Source of the DNA: Diadema antillarum
Lineage: Eukaryota
Assembly (NCBI RefSeq): GCF_040938485.1
Contig: NW_027271161.1
Coordinates: 744,001 to 808,000, forward strand
Length of the DNA stretch: 64,000 bases
Reading direction: 5' to 3'
Shown here: positions 22,101 to 49,733 of the stretch, one piece after another
How the letters are laid out: each line of letters opens with the position of its first letter
How positions within the stretch are numbered: the stretch's first letter is position 1
Program-made: the position numbers and the translations under genes
Notes under the pieces: model-generated
The model's input: the letters and a program-made list of their open reading frames with translations, nothing else
What the model was told of the DNA's origin: nothing
Database searches by the model: none

Positions 22101-22559
22101 GACAGCAAGCCAGCCGATACAAGCTTACAGGTAGGGCAAGTGTCTTTGGGAGAGCGAGTATCAATCCAGTAAGTTATGCAGGGTGACACACATACAGTAT
22201 GCCTCTCCTGTGTCTGCGTAGACAAGATCCTCCAGGAATGTCCTCAGTCTCCTGACACTGCAGATGTTGTACTGACGTCTTCAAAAGCTTTAAGTGGTAC
22301 ACACCGCCTCTCCATCTGCAAATTAATATCACAAAGACTTTGCAACATGAAAATTATCAGCAAAATGACAACATGATTCTTTTTTAAATGTCTATAATAT
22401 TAAAAGTGTAATTTGATTCCCCTAGTCAATTCATATTCAGTCAATTATCAATGTTACAATGTAAAGTGATGAGAGTTCGTCTCTAAGTTTCACTGTGGAA
22501 CCTCAAAAACTTCAGAACTTCAGAAAATAAAAGGTTTACAAAATAGAAAGTACACTTAA

Positions 22560-24646
22560 GGTCAAGTCCAAGATAACACGCACGTTACGTATGGGACATT
22601 CAGAGACTTTTATGGCCTGAAAAATAGTGTTAATGGCCTTTGATCATCTTGAACTTTATCATGGTGATTGATATCTAGGAGAAGTATAATCATGTAAAGA
22701 ATTGAGAAAATTGACCATCACAATTATATTCTAGAAGAGAAAATATGTGCCGTTACGTATGGGACCAGAAACATTTTGTTTTTTAGAACATATTTTTCGA
22801 CCTCAAAACTCTCTGAAAGTATTTCATTCTACAACTTGTAACTCACTGTGATGAAAGTCACAACACTCAAGATTATCACGGGTAAGTTTCATGTCATTAG
22901 GCAAAAAGCTCTAATTACAGGTTCTCATTAAAGACAGACATGACGTGTTACGTATGGGACAGTTACGTATGGGACACTTTGTCCCCCATTCATTTAGTGT
23001 GTGGACAACCATGTTTATGGGTATTTTGCATAATTATTGAAGTAAAATCAGTTTAAACTACTCAAATACTGATCCAGATTGTCAAGGAAACAATATTCCC
23101 CAAATATTCACCATCATAGTCATATTCAATCATATTTTTATATTTTTATGACCAACCTGAGTATGCATGCCCTTTGTCCCCCATTCGTTTAGTGTGTGGA
23201 GAACCATGTTTATGGGTATTTTGCAAAATGATTTTGCAAAATACCCATAAACAAATTTTTGCAGAATTATTGAGGTGGAATCAGTTGAAATTACTCAAAT
23301 ACTGATCCAGATTGTCAAGGGAACAACATCCCCCAAATATTTACCATAATGATCATAATCATATCTAATCATATTCTATATTTTCATGACCAACCTGAGT
23401 ATGTATGCCCTATTTTCATCAGGATAGTTACTACTAAAAAATTGAATAGTTTAAAGTGTTTACTTCCATTAATGAAGGGCAGTTTGCCATTTAGTTTAAA
23501 AAACAACAACAACTTGACACAATAAATATTAATTTTAATAGATAAGCAATACCTGCTGTGTGGAATTCCAGTAATCGAGTGATGTATGATGTCTGTCTAG
23601 CAATCAGGTCATTGATTTGAGTCACACCTCAGTATGTATACCCATGAATTTTGTTGTGGCTACTATTGACAACTGAATAAGGACAATTTGTGTATCACTT
23701 GCAATAAAACAAATCATTTTACTTTTTTTTTTCATATCACAACGGTTTCAAATTAGATCTCCATCAAATTAACTTTGAATTCCTCCAGTCTTAGGATTGT
23801 ATGCTCTTTAGTAATTCATATTATTGGTTTCCAGTCATCTCATAAAATGTTGAAAACTGAATCCCCATTTCTACAAAAACTATACCATCCCTTTAATGCT
23901 GATTTTCATTGTGTATTTTGCCATCTTCCCCTCCCCCTTTCTGAAAATTGTTCAGTCAAGTACATGTATTCTTGCAAGTGTCTATTACTCAAAAAGAAGC
24001 TACAAAGTTGGGATGCTTTCTTCAGGATGATTGACCATTTGTGTACTGAGAGACCTTCCCAGCTAGCTACATGCATTCACATGCAATATATATGAGGATG
24101 TCCCATACGTAACACATTTGTCCCATACGTAACATTATTTCAATGCCTAATAAAAAACATTTCTTTTACTGTTTTTTCTTTTTTCTATGGTATTTAATTT
24201 CTCTAAACAATGAATTAGAACTTTCCACAAGGGCATTCAAATAGCCTTAGCAATTTTAGAAAAAACCTTAAAAAATGACCTCATTTTGTTATGTATGGGA
24301 CATCTCATGATAGGACACGAGCTAATTTGCATAATCATATGCTTAATCCCTAAATTTCCATACCAAGTTAAACTATTTGATGAATTTCTTATGTCCACAT
24401 ATTAATCAAATATCATTTGCTTTCCTTTGAATAAATATGAATTGTTATAAATGTCCCATACGTAACGCTGTGTTTTACAATTATGCAAATGAAGAGTTTG
24501 AAATTTGCATAAATTTACATAATATCATTTTTTCCTCCATGGAAATCAAAACTTCAACTCATAAGCTTCAAAATGATACCAAATATGTCAATATTGAGCA
24601 AAGATGAAATTTTGTCTTCTGAGGGAACCTTATCTTGGACTTGCCC
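22560..24646. mobile_element. Non-autonomous Kolobok-like DNA transposon (2087 bp) in the ARL6 5' intron
   Basis: TTAA|GGTCAAGTCCAAGATAA ... TTATCTTGGACTTGCCC|TTAA: 17-bp TIR with 1 mismatch, RR..YY termini and TTAA TSD. Repeated subterminal GTTACGTATGGGAC motifs; internal ~200-bp tandem duplication (~22975-23410). Confidence 0.8.
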
Positions 24647-24649
24647 TTA

Positions 24650-25130
24650 AACTAAAAACAAAAGATAATGGAAGGAAAGAAAGAAGAGAAACTTTCATTT
24701 AGGAAAGCAAGGGACAGATGAGGAGTGATATGTTTTGAAAGAAAAGTGGAAAGCAAAGAAAGCAAAGAAGAATCAAGGATTGAAAAAAGCACTAGGTAGA
24801 ATAATAGAGTGAAAGATGAATCAAAACTGGATGAAAGCAAAGATGAATAGGAAGGAAAGAAAGAATTATACAGGTCGAAAAGGAAATACAGAAAAGGATA
24901 CATCAGAACGAAACACATGAAAAAGATATTGGAGATGCAAGAAAGGAAATGTAGATGGAAGGAAAGATAACCAAACAAAGAACAATTTAATAGGCAGAAA
25001 GTAAGATTGAACAGGAAATTGAGAAAGTAAGACAAGAGGAAACCCATTTAGAGAAATGATTAACAGGAAGAAAAGTGAAAGTAAAAGAGTAAGTGAAAGA
25101 TAGAAAAGAAAGAGAAAGATACAAGGAACC
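24650..25130. repeat. Purine-rich (GA/GAAA) low-complexity tract
   Basis: Strongly A/G-biased plus strand; yields F/L/S-rich spurious minus-strand ORFs. Confidence 0.8.
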
Positions 25131-25839
25131 AGGGGTTGCACACATGCTTTCTGACCGCTACTGCAAGACTTGGCTGAGGAAAAGGGCAAAAACAATCTTT
25201 AAGGGCCGGCCTGCAGCAAGTAGGTGCTACGTTTTAGGTGAATTAGATCTACATTGTAATTTGTAGAGCACAGGTGACTATGGATCTTTCACTCCATGTG
25301 AATGATCTGCCGGGCTAGCTATTCACCAGTCACCCATCTTGTCGGGCCTCTCTGGTCTGGAAATAGTCTTGATCTTGTAAATGCCCTCCCACTTTCAGTA
25401 AGCTAGCTTGATTACTAGCATTTATAAAAAGTGCCATTTTTTATATTTAGACATTAGCTGATGCTAAGTCAGTGTAATTGAAGGTAGTGACTGCATGCAT
25501 GTATTGTAATAATGGTCTATGTTGATCCCCCCACAAACTGAAATGATTGCTTTATGTTGTGTTTCTCTGTTGTCTGTTGTGTAATTGTAATAGGTTCAAC
25601 ATTTCCTCTTTTGTTCCAATGTTATACTGTGTATGTATCGTTCCTAGTATTAATGCTTTTTATCAGGATGTGGAAATAAATGAAATGAAATGAAATTGTA
25701 CGATGTCATCTAACGTTTCTTTAGAGCTATTTATGTCAAAGAAATACATTATTAGCACTCTACTACTAACGTTTAACTACTAACATTAACACTCAACAGT
25801 TAGATTTATTAGTACTTATAGTATTTAGTAATTACAACT

Positions 25840-41468
<15,629 letters not shown>

Positions 41469-41772
41469 CAACCCAGTGATCTGAGGGGACAATTCACAGA
41501 TGACTTTGTAATGGATGTGTTACATACTACACCCAGTCACTAGTTGCATTGCAGTGCGACTCATTCGTTGTTGAGAAACCTCCTGTGAAACACTTTTGAG
41601 AAGCAAGGAATACACGTGCATGATGTCATCATGATTTGATGCAGACTGAGGACCTCATTTAGGATACCCAGGTACACTGATAAAGTGTACTTGTTACATC
41701 TTTCTTCTCAACACTGAATAAAGATTTTGAAGGCACCTGGTAATTTCATGTCAGGTTTCATGACAGGTTCAC

Positions 41773-41911
41773 CAGCAGTGACTGCACAGATACTTTAAAA
41801 ATTCATAAGTTTTGAATGGATTGTCCAATTTTCCCCAAATTTTCTCTGATGTGTTCCACTAATTTTTCTGCATTTACTCAATCCACGTGTATATGAAGGT
41901 GGACTTGTCCT
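41773..41911 (+). mobile_element. 3' fragment of the 560-bp Kolobok-like MITE family
   Basis: Matches the right end of 28081-28640 and 29561-30123 (…tatgaaggtggacttgtcct). Confidence 0.75.
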
Positions 41912-44343
41912 TTGAAGGTATTGTGCAGAGATGTGTTTCTCAGAATCGCAAAAGGACTGTTTGAGTGACTGAGATTGTGGAATGAAAATTGGTATGGTAT
42001 TCAGAATAGGTTTTGACTCGGCATGGTCTCTGAACACTGGCAATGTGGGCAATGTGTAGTACATATGCATACATCATAAATATATCCAAATATGCATGAT
42101 GAAATGCAAGAACTTACTCTTGTACAAAGGGCAAGCTCAATAAGTGTGAGGAGATTGCACGAAAATATGAAAAAGAAAAACAACAGACAGCAAAGAAAAA
42201 TCTCTAAGAAATAAAATTAAGACTTTCAAGAAGACTTAGTTTGTTTGCAAATTTCAGATTAAACGATTGTTTATGGTGAGATAATAACAACCTCTAATTA
42301 CTTGCTGGAAGAAATATTCAAGTACCCTGACAGTATTGCTGGTTTACAGTTGCAAACCTTTGACAGCAATGCAGAATGATGAATCCAAACATTTTGCTGA
42401 AAAAGTAACCAAAAGAGTGCAATAGTATTAAAACTTTATGACATTCTCCACACGTGTTCTTGACTTTTCTTTTTTGAACTCATGCATTCAGAATAATGGA
42501 GCAGAACACTTCTGAGACTAAGCAGCAAAAATGTCATCCTGCTTTATTTATTTCTGGTTGTTTTAGCATGTGTGTCAATACAATAAAATGAGAAAGAATG
42601 AATCATCAAAGTATTGGCTCTGACATGTGCCTCTGTAAAGTGTCTGTACCCAAGAGATGAGACCACGAGCCTAATTCATAATGGCACTTGCAATGGTATG
42701 TTGCATTAATTGTAGTTCCCAAAGCAACTACTTTGATGCTCACAGCTGATTGGTTCTGTTGTGACTGCTACCATGGAAACTGCAGTTCTTGCAGCTCACA
42801 ATACACAGTACAGAACTTTTTGTATGCATTTGGTTCCACGATCATGAGTGGTATTTCCAAACAATTTCATTCTGCATTCTATTATTGAGTAAGGTCACGG
42901 GTGCCATTATTTGAATAAGAAATGACATGAAAACAAAGTTTCCTGGAAGTAATTTTTTTGTGCTCTCATGACATCTGACGGAGTCAGCATGCTACCGCAA
43001 TGTTTTTCATTCTTTCTGACAAAAAGACCAGGACCGTTAACATCTCTAAATGCATGAAATCACTTTATGCAGCCATGAAACATACATACATGTACATACA
43101 TTCAAACATATAAACATATATATTTTTATTTTATTATTATTATCATTTTTAGAGAGAGATGAGCCAGATATGATTCAAGAAATGAAGTAACTGTCATAGA
43201 GAAATTGTCCAGAGCAAACTATTTTACTGAATAAAGTCAGGGGATATGTTGTATTGTGATACATAGCTGTTCCTGACGCAACTTGCTATACCCTTGCCTG
43301 ATAGATTATTTTTTTATTCCATAGGAGATAAGTTATTATTTTATCAAGTACATTTGTAAGGATGAAATGCATTGTACCACATATATACTCCATTCTATTC
43401 TGCATTCTTATATGTCTGCAAAGACATCAAAAGTGACAAGGTGTGAATGCAGATCTGGTTGTAATTTTATCTGCTGCACACCCGTTTCACTCCTACATTC
43501 ATACATTCATGTGTGATGCATTTGTATTGCTTACATTTAAACACTCAAAGAAGAAGGAAAAAAAAAAACACCGCAAAATGTTGAAAAGTCATCAATATTA
43601 CTGTCAACCCAAAGACACCTGATAAGACAGAAACAAACCAAAAAGTGAATTAAAATACTACAACAAAAAGCAGCAGTTCATGAAACTTAGGAATTGTAAC
43701 AAATAGTAGACCATTCTGATAAGACCTGTTACTGCATTTCCCGAATGTCGTACATGTTTTATGTGTACTCGTAATGCAGAGATCACGAGTCCTACTGTAT
43801 ATGCCACTTCGATTATGATGCAGCACTGACCCACACTTTATAGAGCAATGTTTGCATTTTCATTCCACACTTCAAGTGATGGTAATATTTGACTGAAGCT
43901 ACATGATGGAACCTGAAAAGAATGCACATTCCAATCACCTTTCATCTTGTTTCATCTATCTTCTGAAACATTTTCTTCTCTGTACGTATATCAAGTTGTT
44001 TGACAGACCCTTTTCAGAAAATTTACTCCTGACCTTTCATCGTACAGGAGAATATTAAAGTCCTGAAATGTTACGGGGAGAGCTTTTGTCTTTGGGAATG
44101 TTAACTAGATAATCTCTTGATGACATGCGATTACATAGTAACTGTTACTGTTTGAAAAAGGAAGCAAGGGGCCTATTTAATTTGTTTGTCCATTACGCTC
44201 CATGCAATGACTGTACTGTACATTTCGACTTTAAAAATATGCACATACATGTATATTTGTAGAATACTGTCTTTGGGATGTCAACGCAGATAAGGTAGAA
44301 TGAATCAATGCATGCAACATGCCTTGGATAGTTGTCATGGAAA

Positions 44344-46569
44344 TTAGCGGTGAGTACTGTTTGTGACCTTATTTGAAGATGTCTGTGGTGACGCTCGAAT
44401 CATAAATGCTTCTCTCGAAAGAATGATGGGAATATCAATCACTAGTGAATGCACATCCGTGCCTTGTAGAACCTCTAACTCTACTCCTCGTCTGTACACT
44501 CCACTGTTATCGGTCAACACTACTTCTACTTTGTCTTCCGTCGCTGAGATGCTCAGAGAATTGCCGAAGTATTCGATCCCTGTAAAAGTAATACTCTGAG
44601 ATTCTGGAGGGATTGTGATATTCATATACAGACCAGTCTCCCGCAGTCGCATCCCACCATACCCGTACATGACTGCCTGTAAGAAACCTCCCATGCCGGT
44701 GACGAAATTGATCGCGCCTTCACCCTGAGCTGTTTCCGTCCAAATCTTGAACGGTTGTTGGATGTTAGCGTAGCTCTTTTCGAAGAGCTCCCCAGCCTTG
44801 GATTGGTTCCCGAGCTCCAGCCACCCGACGGCGAACATACCCCATGTCATCGCCGGGCCGTTTGGGTCGGTCACGTTGACGCCGTTGTAAGCTTCGTAGA
44901 ACATGAGGTCATTGCGTCGAGCCGCTGTGGACATGTTGTGCATGAGGGGAAATCCCAAAAGGATGGCGTCTGCCTGCTTAACTTCAGTTCCGAGAGTGTA
45001 TCCCTCATACTCCGGATGGTACTCCCGATTTTTGTCGTACGGAATGTACAACTGCTCCGCAATTTGCGTCCAGTTGTCAGGGACAGTTTTATTGATCATC
45101 GAGGCAGCATACGCTGGTAATCGGAGACTGATCTGTGCTATGACGTTAGTGTACACTGAGTTATTAACACTCTGATGATATTCATCTGGGGGCATGACGT
45201 CATTGATTGTATACATCTTCCGGCTTTGGTCGAACTTCGCTTTGCTCGCCCAGAACTCTGCAATTTCGATGATCATTTCAAAGCCCCTTTCTTGGAGAAG
45301 AAAGTCCGTATCATTGGTTGCCGAGAGGTACTGCTGAACGGCAAAAGCTATGTCTCCAGTGATGTGAAGTTCATGCGTGGGATAAGGTGTCGCCGGACAC
45401 ACTTCCATCCCTGTGAAGGCCATCTCCCAAGGGAACTGAGCTCCTTTGTACCCATTCTTTTGGGCGTTCTCCTTCGCTGCGTCTAGCTGGCTGGTTCTTG
45501 TTTTCAGTATCTCTAGCGCCAATTGTGGATGGAGCATCAGAATTGTTGGATACATCCAGGTCTCCTGGTCCCAGAATATGTGTCCTTTGTAACCAGCTGG
45601 GGAAAGTCCGCCATGCGCAAGTCCTCCGGGATTGATGCCGTAGAAGCGAAAGGGAGCGGTCTGCTTTTGGGTGAGAGGAGGCAAGAAGCTCATGATGTAA
45701 TACAGGCTTCCGTAGATCGCTTTCGCAAGGTAGAGGTTTCCAGTCACGTCGATGTGACCCTCTTCCCACTTGTCTCTCCAAGCCTCAGCATGACTTCTGA
45801 ACAAAGAGAGTCTCCGCCCCAGAGCTTCGCCAACAACGTACGAATCGAGGGCGTCGGCTTTACTAGTCGAAACGGAAGTGATGAAACACCAAGTGTGTGT
45901 GTCTTCTTTGTACGCAAGAGTAAGTACCTTTGGGATCTCCGTCCAGTACATGTAAACTGTCGATACTGCACTGGTTGGCGTCTCTGAGGTTGTGGTATTT
46001 CCGAATGCAAACCAAGCATCTTCGCTCTTGGGAGGTACCACCGTGATGTTCACATCTTCACTCTCTGGGTTGAACTTAAGGGCTAAGTCTACCGATATTT
46101 GACCCGCAGTTCCGGGTTTCCTCGTCAGTGTTATTTCGTTGATAAGAAGGCGGGTCAAAACCTGGTGAGCGTACACCTTATGATGTATGTGAACCACTTC
46201 TGTACTTGATCGGCGATGAAACGTTCCGTTCAACACATCCAAGGAATAAGTTTCATTGCTGATGTTAATGGAGTTAGTGTCCACCCGGATATGTGCTGGG
46301 GAAGGAATATCGGCCCGGTGACTTGAGCCATACCTCCCGTTATACACTCTGTTCAAGTGGATAGTGTCACTAAAAACCACGGTAGCCAGATAGCCATTCC
46401 CAACAGAGGCCACGCAACACGCGTCCGACGGCAAACTCGGGCTCTCAAAGACGGTTGCCTCGGCCGAAACGTCGGGATAAGAGCTGCAGTCGCATCCGTG
46501 TGTTACGACCAGCTGGTAGCTAGCTGTAACGAAAAGCGCGAAAACCACGTGTAACAGCTGAGCAACCAT
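44344..46569 (-). CDS. PGGHG: Protein-glucosylgalactosylhydroxylysine glucosidase-like (acid trehalase-like, GH65), intronless, 741 aa, N-terminal signal peptide
   Basis: Single uninterrupted ORF. Motifs SVGNGYLAT..VYNG...HRADIPS, GHIFWDQETWMYP, VMPPDEYH (GH65 catalytic acid), VKQADAILLGFP, GPAMTWGMFAVGWLEL, GAINFVTGMGGFLQAV. Hydrophobic N-terminus MVAQLLHVVFALFVTASYQLVVTHG. Confidence 0.92.
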   Translation of the reverse strand: MVAQLLHVVFALFVTASYQLVVTHGCDCSSYPDVSAEATVFESPSLPSDACCVASVGNGYLATVVFSDTIHLNRVYNGRYGSSHRADIPSPAHIRVDTNSINISNETYSLDVLNGTFHRRSSTEVVHIHHKVYAHQVLTRLLINEITLTRKPGTAGQISVDLALKFNPESEDVNITVVPPKSEDAWFAFGNTTTSETPTSAVSTVYMYWTEIPKVLTLAYKEDTHTWCFITSVSTSKADALDSYVVGEALGRRLSLFRSHAEAWRDKWEEGHIDVTGNLYLAKAIYGSLYYIMSFLPPLTQKQTAPFRFYGINPGGLAHGGLSPAGYKGHIFWDQETWMYPTILMLHPQLALEILKTRTSQLDAAKENAQKNGYKGAQFPWEMAFTGMEVCPATPYPTHELHITGDIAFAVQQYLSATNDTDFLLQERGFEMIIEIAEFWASKAKFDQSRKMYTINDVMPPDEYHQSVNNSVYTNVIAQISLRLPAYAASMINKTVPDNWTQIAEQLYIPYDKNREYHPEYEGYTLGTEVKQADAILLGFPLMHNMSTAARRNDLMFYEAYNGVNVTDPNGPAMTWGMFAVGWLELGNQSKAGELFEKSYANIQQPFKIWTETAQGEGAINFVTGMGGFLQAVMYGYGGMRLRETGLYMNITIPPESQSITFTGIEYFGNSLSISATEDKVEVVLTDNSGVYRRGVELEVLQGTDVHSLVIDIPIILSREAFMIRASPQTSSNKVTNSTHR

Positions 46570-46704
46570 AGTGACGAGCTATAACTTGGTTTTCTTTGTG
46601 AAGAAAGAACCAATGACGATATCTAAATGTGCTCAATGGTGTAGTCAATGTACGAGTTACTCGGCTCACTTATTTTTGTCAGGTGGCAAATAGCTGGTTT
46701 ATCT

Positions 46705-46725
46705 CAGTCAACAACCGGAAGTGAC
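46705..46725 (-). promoter_or_regulatory. ETS/GABP-type site (CCGGAAGT) ~145 bp upstream of the PGGHG ATG
   Basis: acaaccggaagtga on the plus strand; motif match only. Confidence 0.35.
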
Positions 46726-48199
46726 TGTCTGTGAAAGGTTAATACATCCGGTGTGTTGTAGGTGCGTTGATATTGGGGTCAAACTCCATTTTCTCCATTT
46801 ACTTGTTTTTTCCATTACAACTGCCGAATTACCATCAAAGATAGACAGAGAGAGAGAGGAAAAATATTTACAAAGTATATTCAACTGGGTCATAGCCTAA
46901 TTTATGTTTGATGTGAGATGAGTTCCGACATACGACAAGAATTGTACTTTGTTTTTGAAGGCAAACAAACAAACAAGCAAACAAACAAACAAACAAAGAA
47001 CCAATATCCCCCTTAGGCCTATAGGCCAACATTGCGCTCACATCCATCAGCTGCAATGTTTCACTATACAACGATTCTTCTGTCTAACTCTTAGAGATCA
47101 AGGTGAATTCAACTATTATTGATAAACTGGAATCTGATTTTCTTTCTACTAAATCTATGGGGATTTCAGAATCTGACAAGGGGCTAGTTGATGTATATGT
47201 TTATTGTGAAATGTTTTGTTATATTTCTTGCTGGAGCAATATAGGTTGCTCAAGAGATCAGAATAGTAGCTTGTGTATCTATCTGTGCGTATGCATAGTG
47301 GATCATTGGTGGTTCAAAGGGCAATGTTAGCGGTAGAATTGTAGTTAATGTGATTTAAGTCGATTGTAAAAAAAAATACAAACAAACCAACAAACAAACA
47401 ACAGAAACACCAAAAAAAAAACAATACACAAACACTAAAACAAGAGCAACAGCCAAAAAAGCAAACAAAGTAAGCAAGCAGACAAATAACCCAAAAGAAA
47501 CAAAAACAAACACAAGAACAAATCAAACAAACAAATAGGCAAACGAACAAACTTTGTGAAACGAAGTACCTTCTATGGCATTAGGGATTACCCTTTTAGG
47601 AGTACCTCGGTTCCTAGTCAATACTGGTACTTGTATCGACACCTTCCTGATCACCCAAACCCATTGTGTTAAAGATTACATTTTCCTGCACTCTCTAACA
47701 GTTATAGGCAATATTATTATATTTCAGACTTAATTCACTCGCACCGTGTGGAAGGATAACACATGTCATTATGCAGACTTGAAGATTAATTTTAGCATTA
47801 AATGATTTGTATCGAACACAAAGCTTTAGAAAAAAAGCGGCATTTACCACAAGACAACGGGGGGGGGGGGGGGTGTTAAAGCACTGTTTATTTACTGTAG
47901 ACGTTTCGCCTATGGGGCGTATGCTGTAAGAAAGCCGAGTTGCGATCAATATGCAAGACTTGCGCTTGATTTAGGGGATTTGCAATATTGATTGCAACTT
48001 TATTGCAACACCCCCTATTGAATCGGGCATCTTAGATCAGACAATTTAGCCCTAATTGTAAGATTGTTATTGGATTACAGAGCAAGACTACAGTTATATG
48101 TTGTTTGGCTTCGAGGTTAACCTCTCTTTAATTCTTGCATTATAATTCTAAGAATCTTGCTGCTTACAAGGCCCTTTTTAGCTTGTCTCCTATTTGCAC

Positions 48200-48572
48200 T
48201 AATCAGTGTATGCCTCAGCGGCGACCAGGACTACCATGAGCAGGACTGACTCTTCAAGTGCCCAAACTGCCCTCCTAAAACATTCGGGATATAATTATCC
48301 TTCTCTTCAGTTCCTCCATCATGTCTATGGAATTCTCTGCCAATCCAACTTCGGAATTGTAACAACCTTGATACCTTCAAATCTAAACTACAAGAGCTGT
48401 CTTTTCCAGCAACTTTGTGAATGTTATGTGACATACTGACATATACTGCTGGAGGCGGGTGCCTTTGAATGTTCTTTACAGAAAAATGGCGTCCTATTTT
48501 AGTGCTGTTCATCATCATCATCATCATCTGCATCATCATCATCATCGTCATCATCGTCATCATCATCATCAT
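48200..48572 (+). mobile_element. 3' fragment of a CR1/L2-group LINE ending in a (CAT)n tail
   Basis: One frame reads ...CLWNSLPIQLRNCNNLDTFKSKLQ, the typical RT C-terminal WNSLP..LR..L..FK..L motif, followed by a 3' UTR and (CAT)n. Confidence 0.65.
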
Positions 48573-49733
48573 CTTTTTCTCTCAACGTTTAGTTGTTGGA
48601 AGGAAGCGTATATCAGACAGCAGGCAACCAAACACCATGTCCCTGTTCCTGACTATAAATGCACATCACTCGTGTATAACCTAACGTCCCAAGCACACTT
48701 TACAAGAATTCAACATTAAAAAAAATATATATATATATATTGGCAAAGAAACTGTCCCCCTCCATTCTTTTGTCGACCCTTGTGTCTTTATCATCAAGGG
48801 CCATGATAATTACCTATCCAAACAATGTGGGTTATCTCTACAGTTAAAAAACCCGAACAAAACACGATATCAGTACAGTCAAGGAGAGAGATTATCAACA
48901 CGATGACTTTGGATGTCTTTTGTTTTCAGAGTTTGTATTTTATTTGAATCTCTTTTAGCGAACGTGGTACTAGTACCTATCATGGAATAATCCACTAATA
49001 AGTGACTGGCATACTTTCTATACGTGACCGGGACTTAATCAGTCTGCTGTTTGCTCTGCTACTTACTCTTTTACCACCATGAGATAAGTTTTGATGACGT
49101 GACTCGTATACATACTTCGACTGTACTTGAAAGTTGAAACTTTGATAATTCACGTCAATCTTTTATGAAGTCATTTTTTTTTCCACGCACAAACTCTCTA
49201 CTTCTAACCAGAACGCTACGTTAGCTGCATACACAAGCATTTAACTAATTAGTTTAAATGGCAATGAGAGTATTAACTTTGTAAACTTTCTTCACCTTCT
49301 ATAATTTACCCTGCTAGACCTGTTTGCAAGAATGCAAACGCCTGAAGAAAAGAAATACCTGTACAGTATAAGCCTAAGCCCCTAATTTCATGCTTATCAT
49401 AATAATCACCAGTCAATGTGGACGCATACAGATCACATCATAACTTAATCCTGTGGTTGATAAGTGTGTGTAAATTCAAACTGTAGCGTTTCTCCTTCTT
49501 CAAGTTCGGCTTATGCCAAAAGTTACTTCAAACAAGCAATATGCCTTATAAAAATATATTCCTATTAAAGGAATCGGTGTACGGCTTTCTCCGATAGTAC
49601 ACGTATTCTCAGTGATAAAAGCTTGTTTTATTTATATGTGACCCTGATTTGTACTTTACCCTTTCTTCGATACTAACTGTTTAATAAACATAGTTGTCTT
49701 GTTTTGATGTATTTTTGTGCATGTCGTTATTAA

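Noticed and set aside
24652-25195. Hydrophobic F/L/S-rich ORFs resembling membrane proteins
   Set aside because: Reverse complement of a GA-rich low-complexity tract.
25260-25700. Possible LINE 3' remnant ending in AATAAA(TGAAA)n
   Set aside because: The tail is suggestive but the coding motifs are too degraded to support a call.
44363-46554. Multiple overlapping ORFs on both strands within PGGHG
   Set aside because: Shadow frames of a GC-richer coding sequence.
48231-48719. Poly-Met, poly-His and poly-Ile ORFs
   Set aside because: (CAT)n LINE-tail microsatellite.
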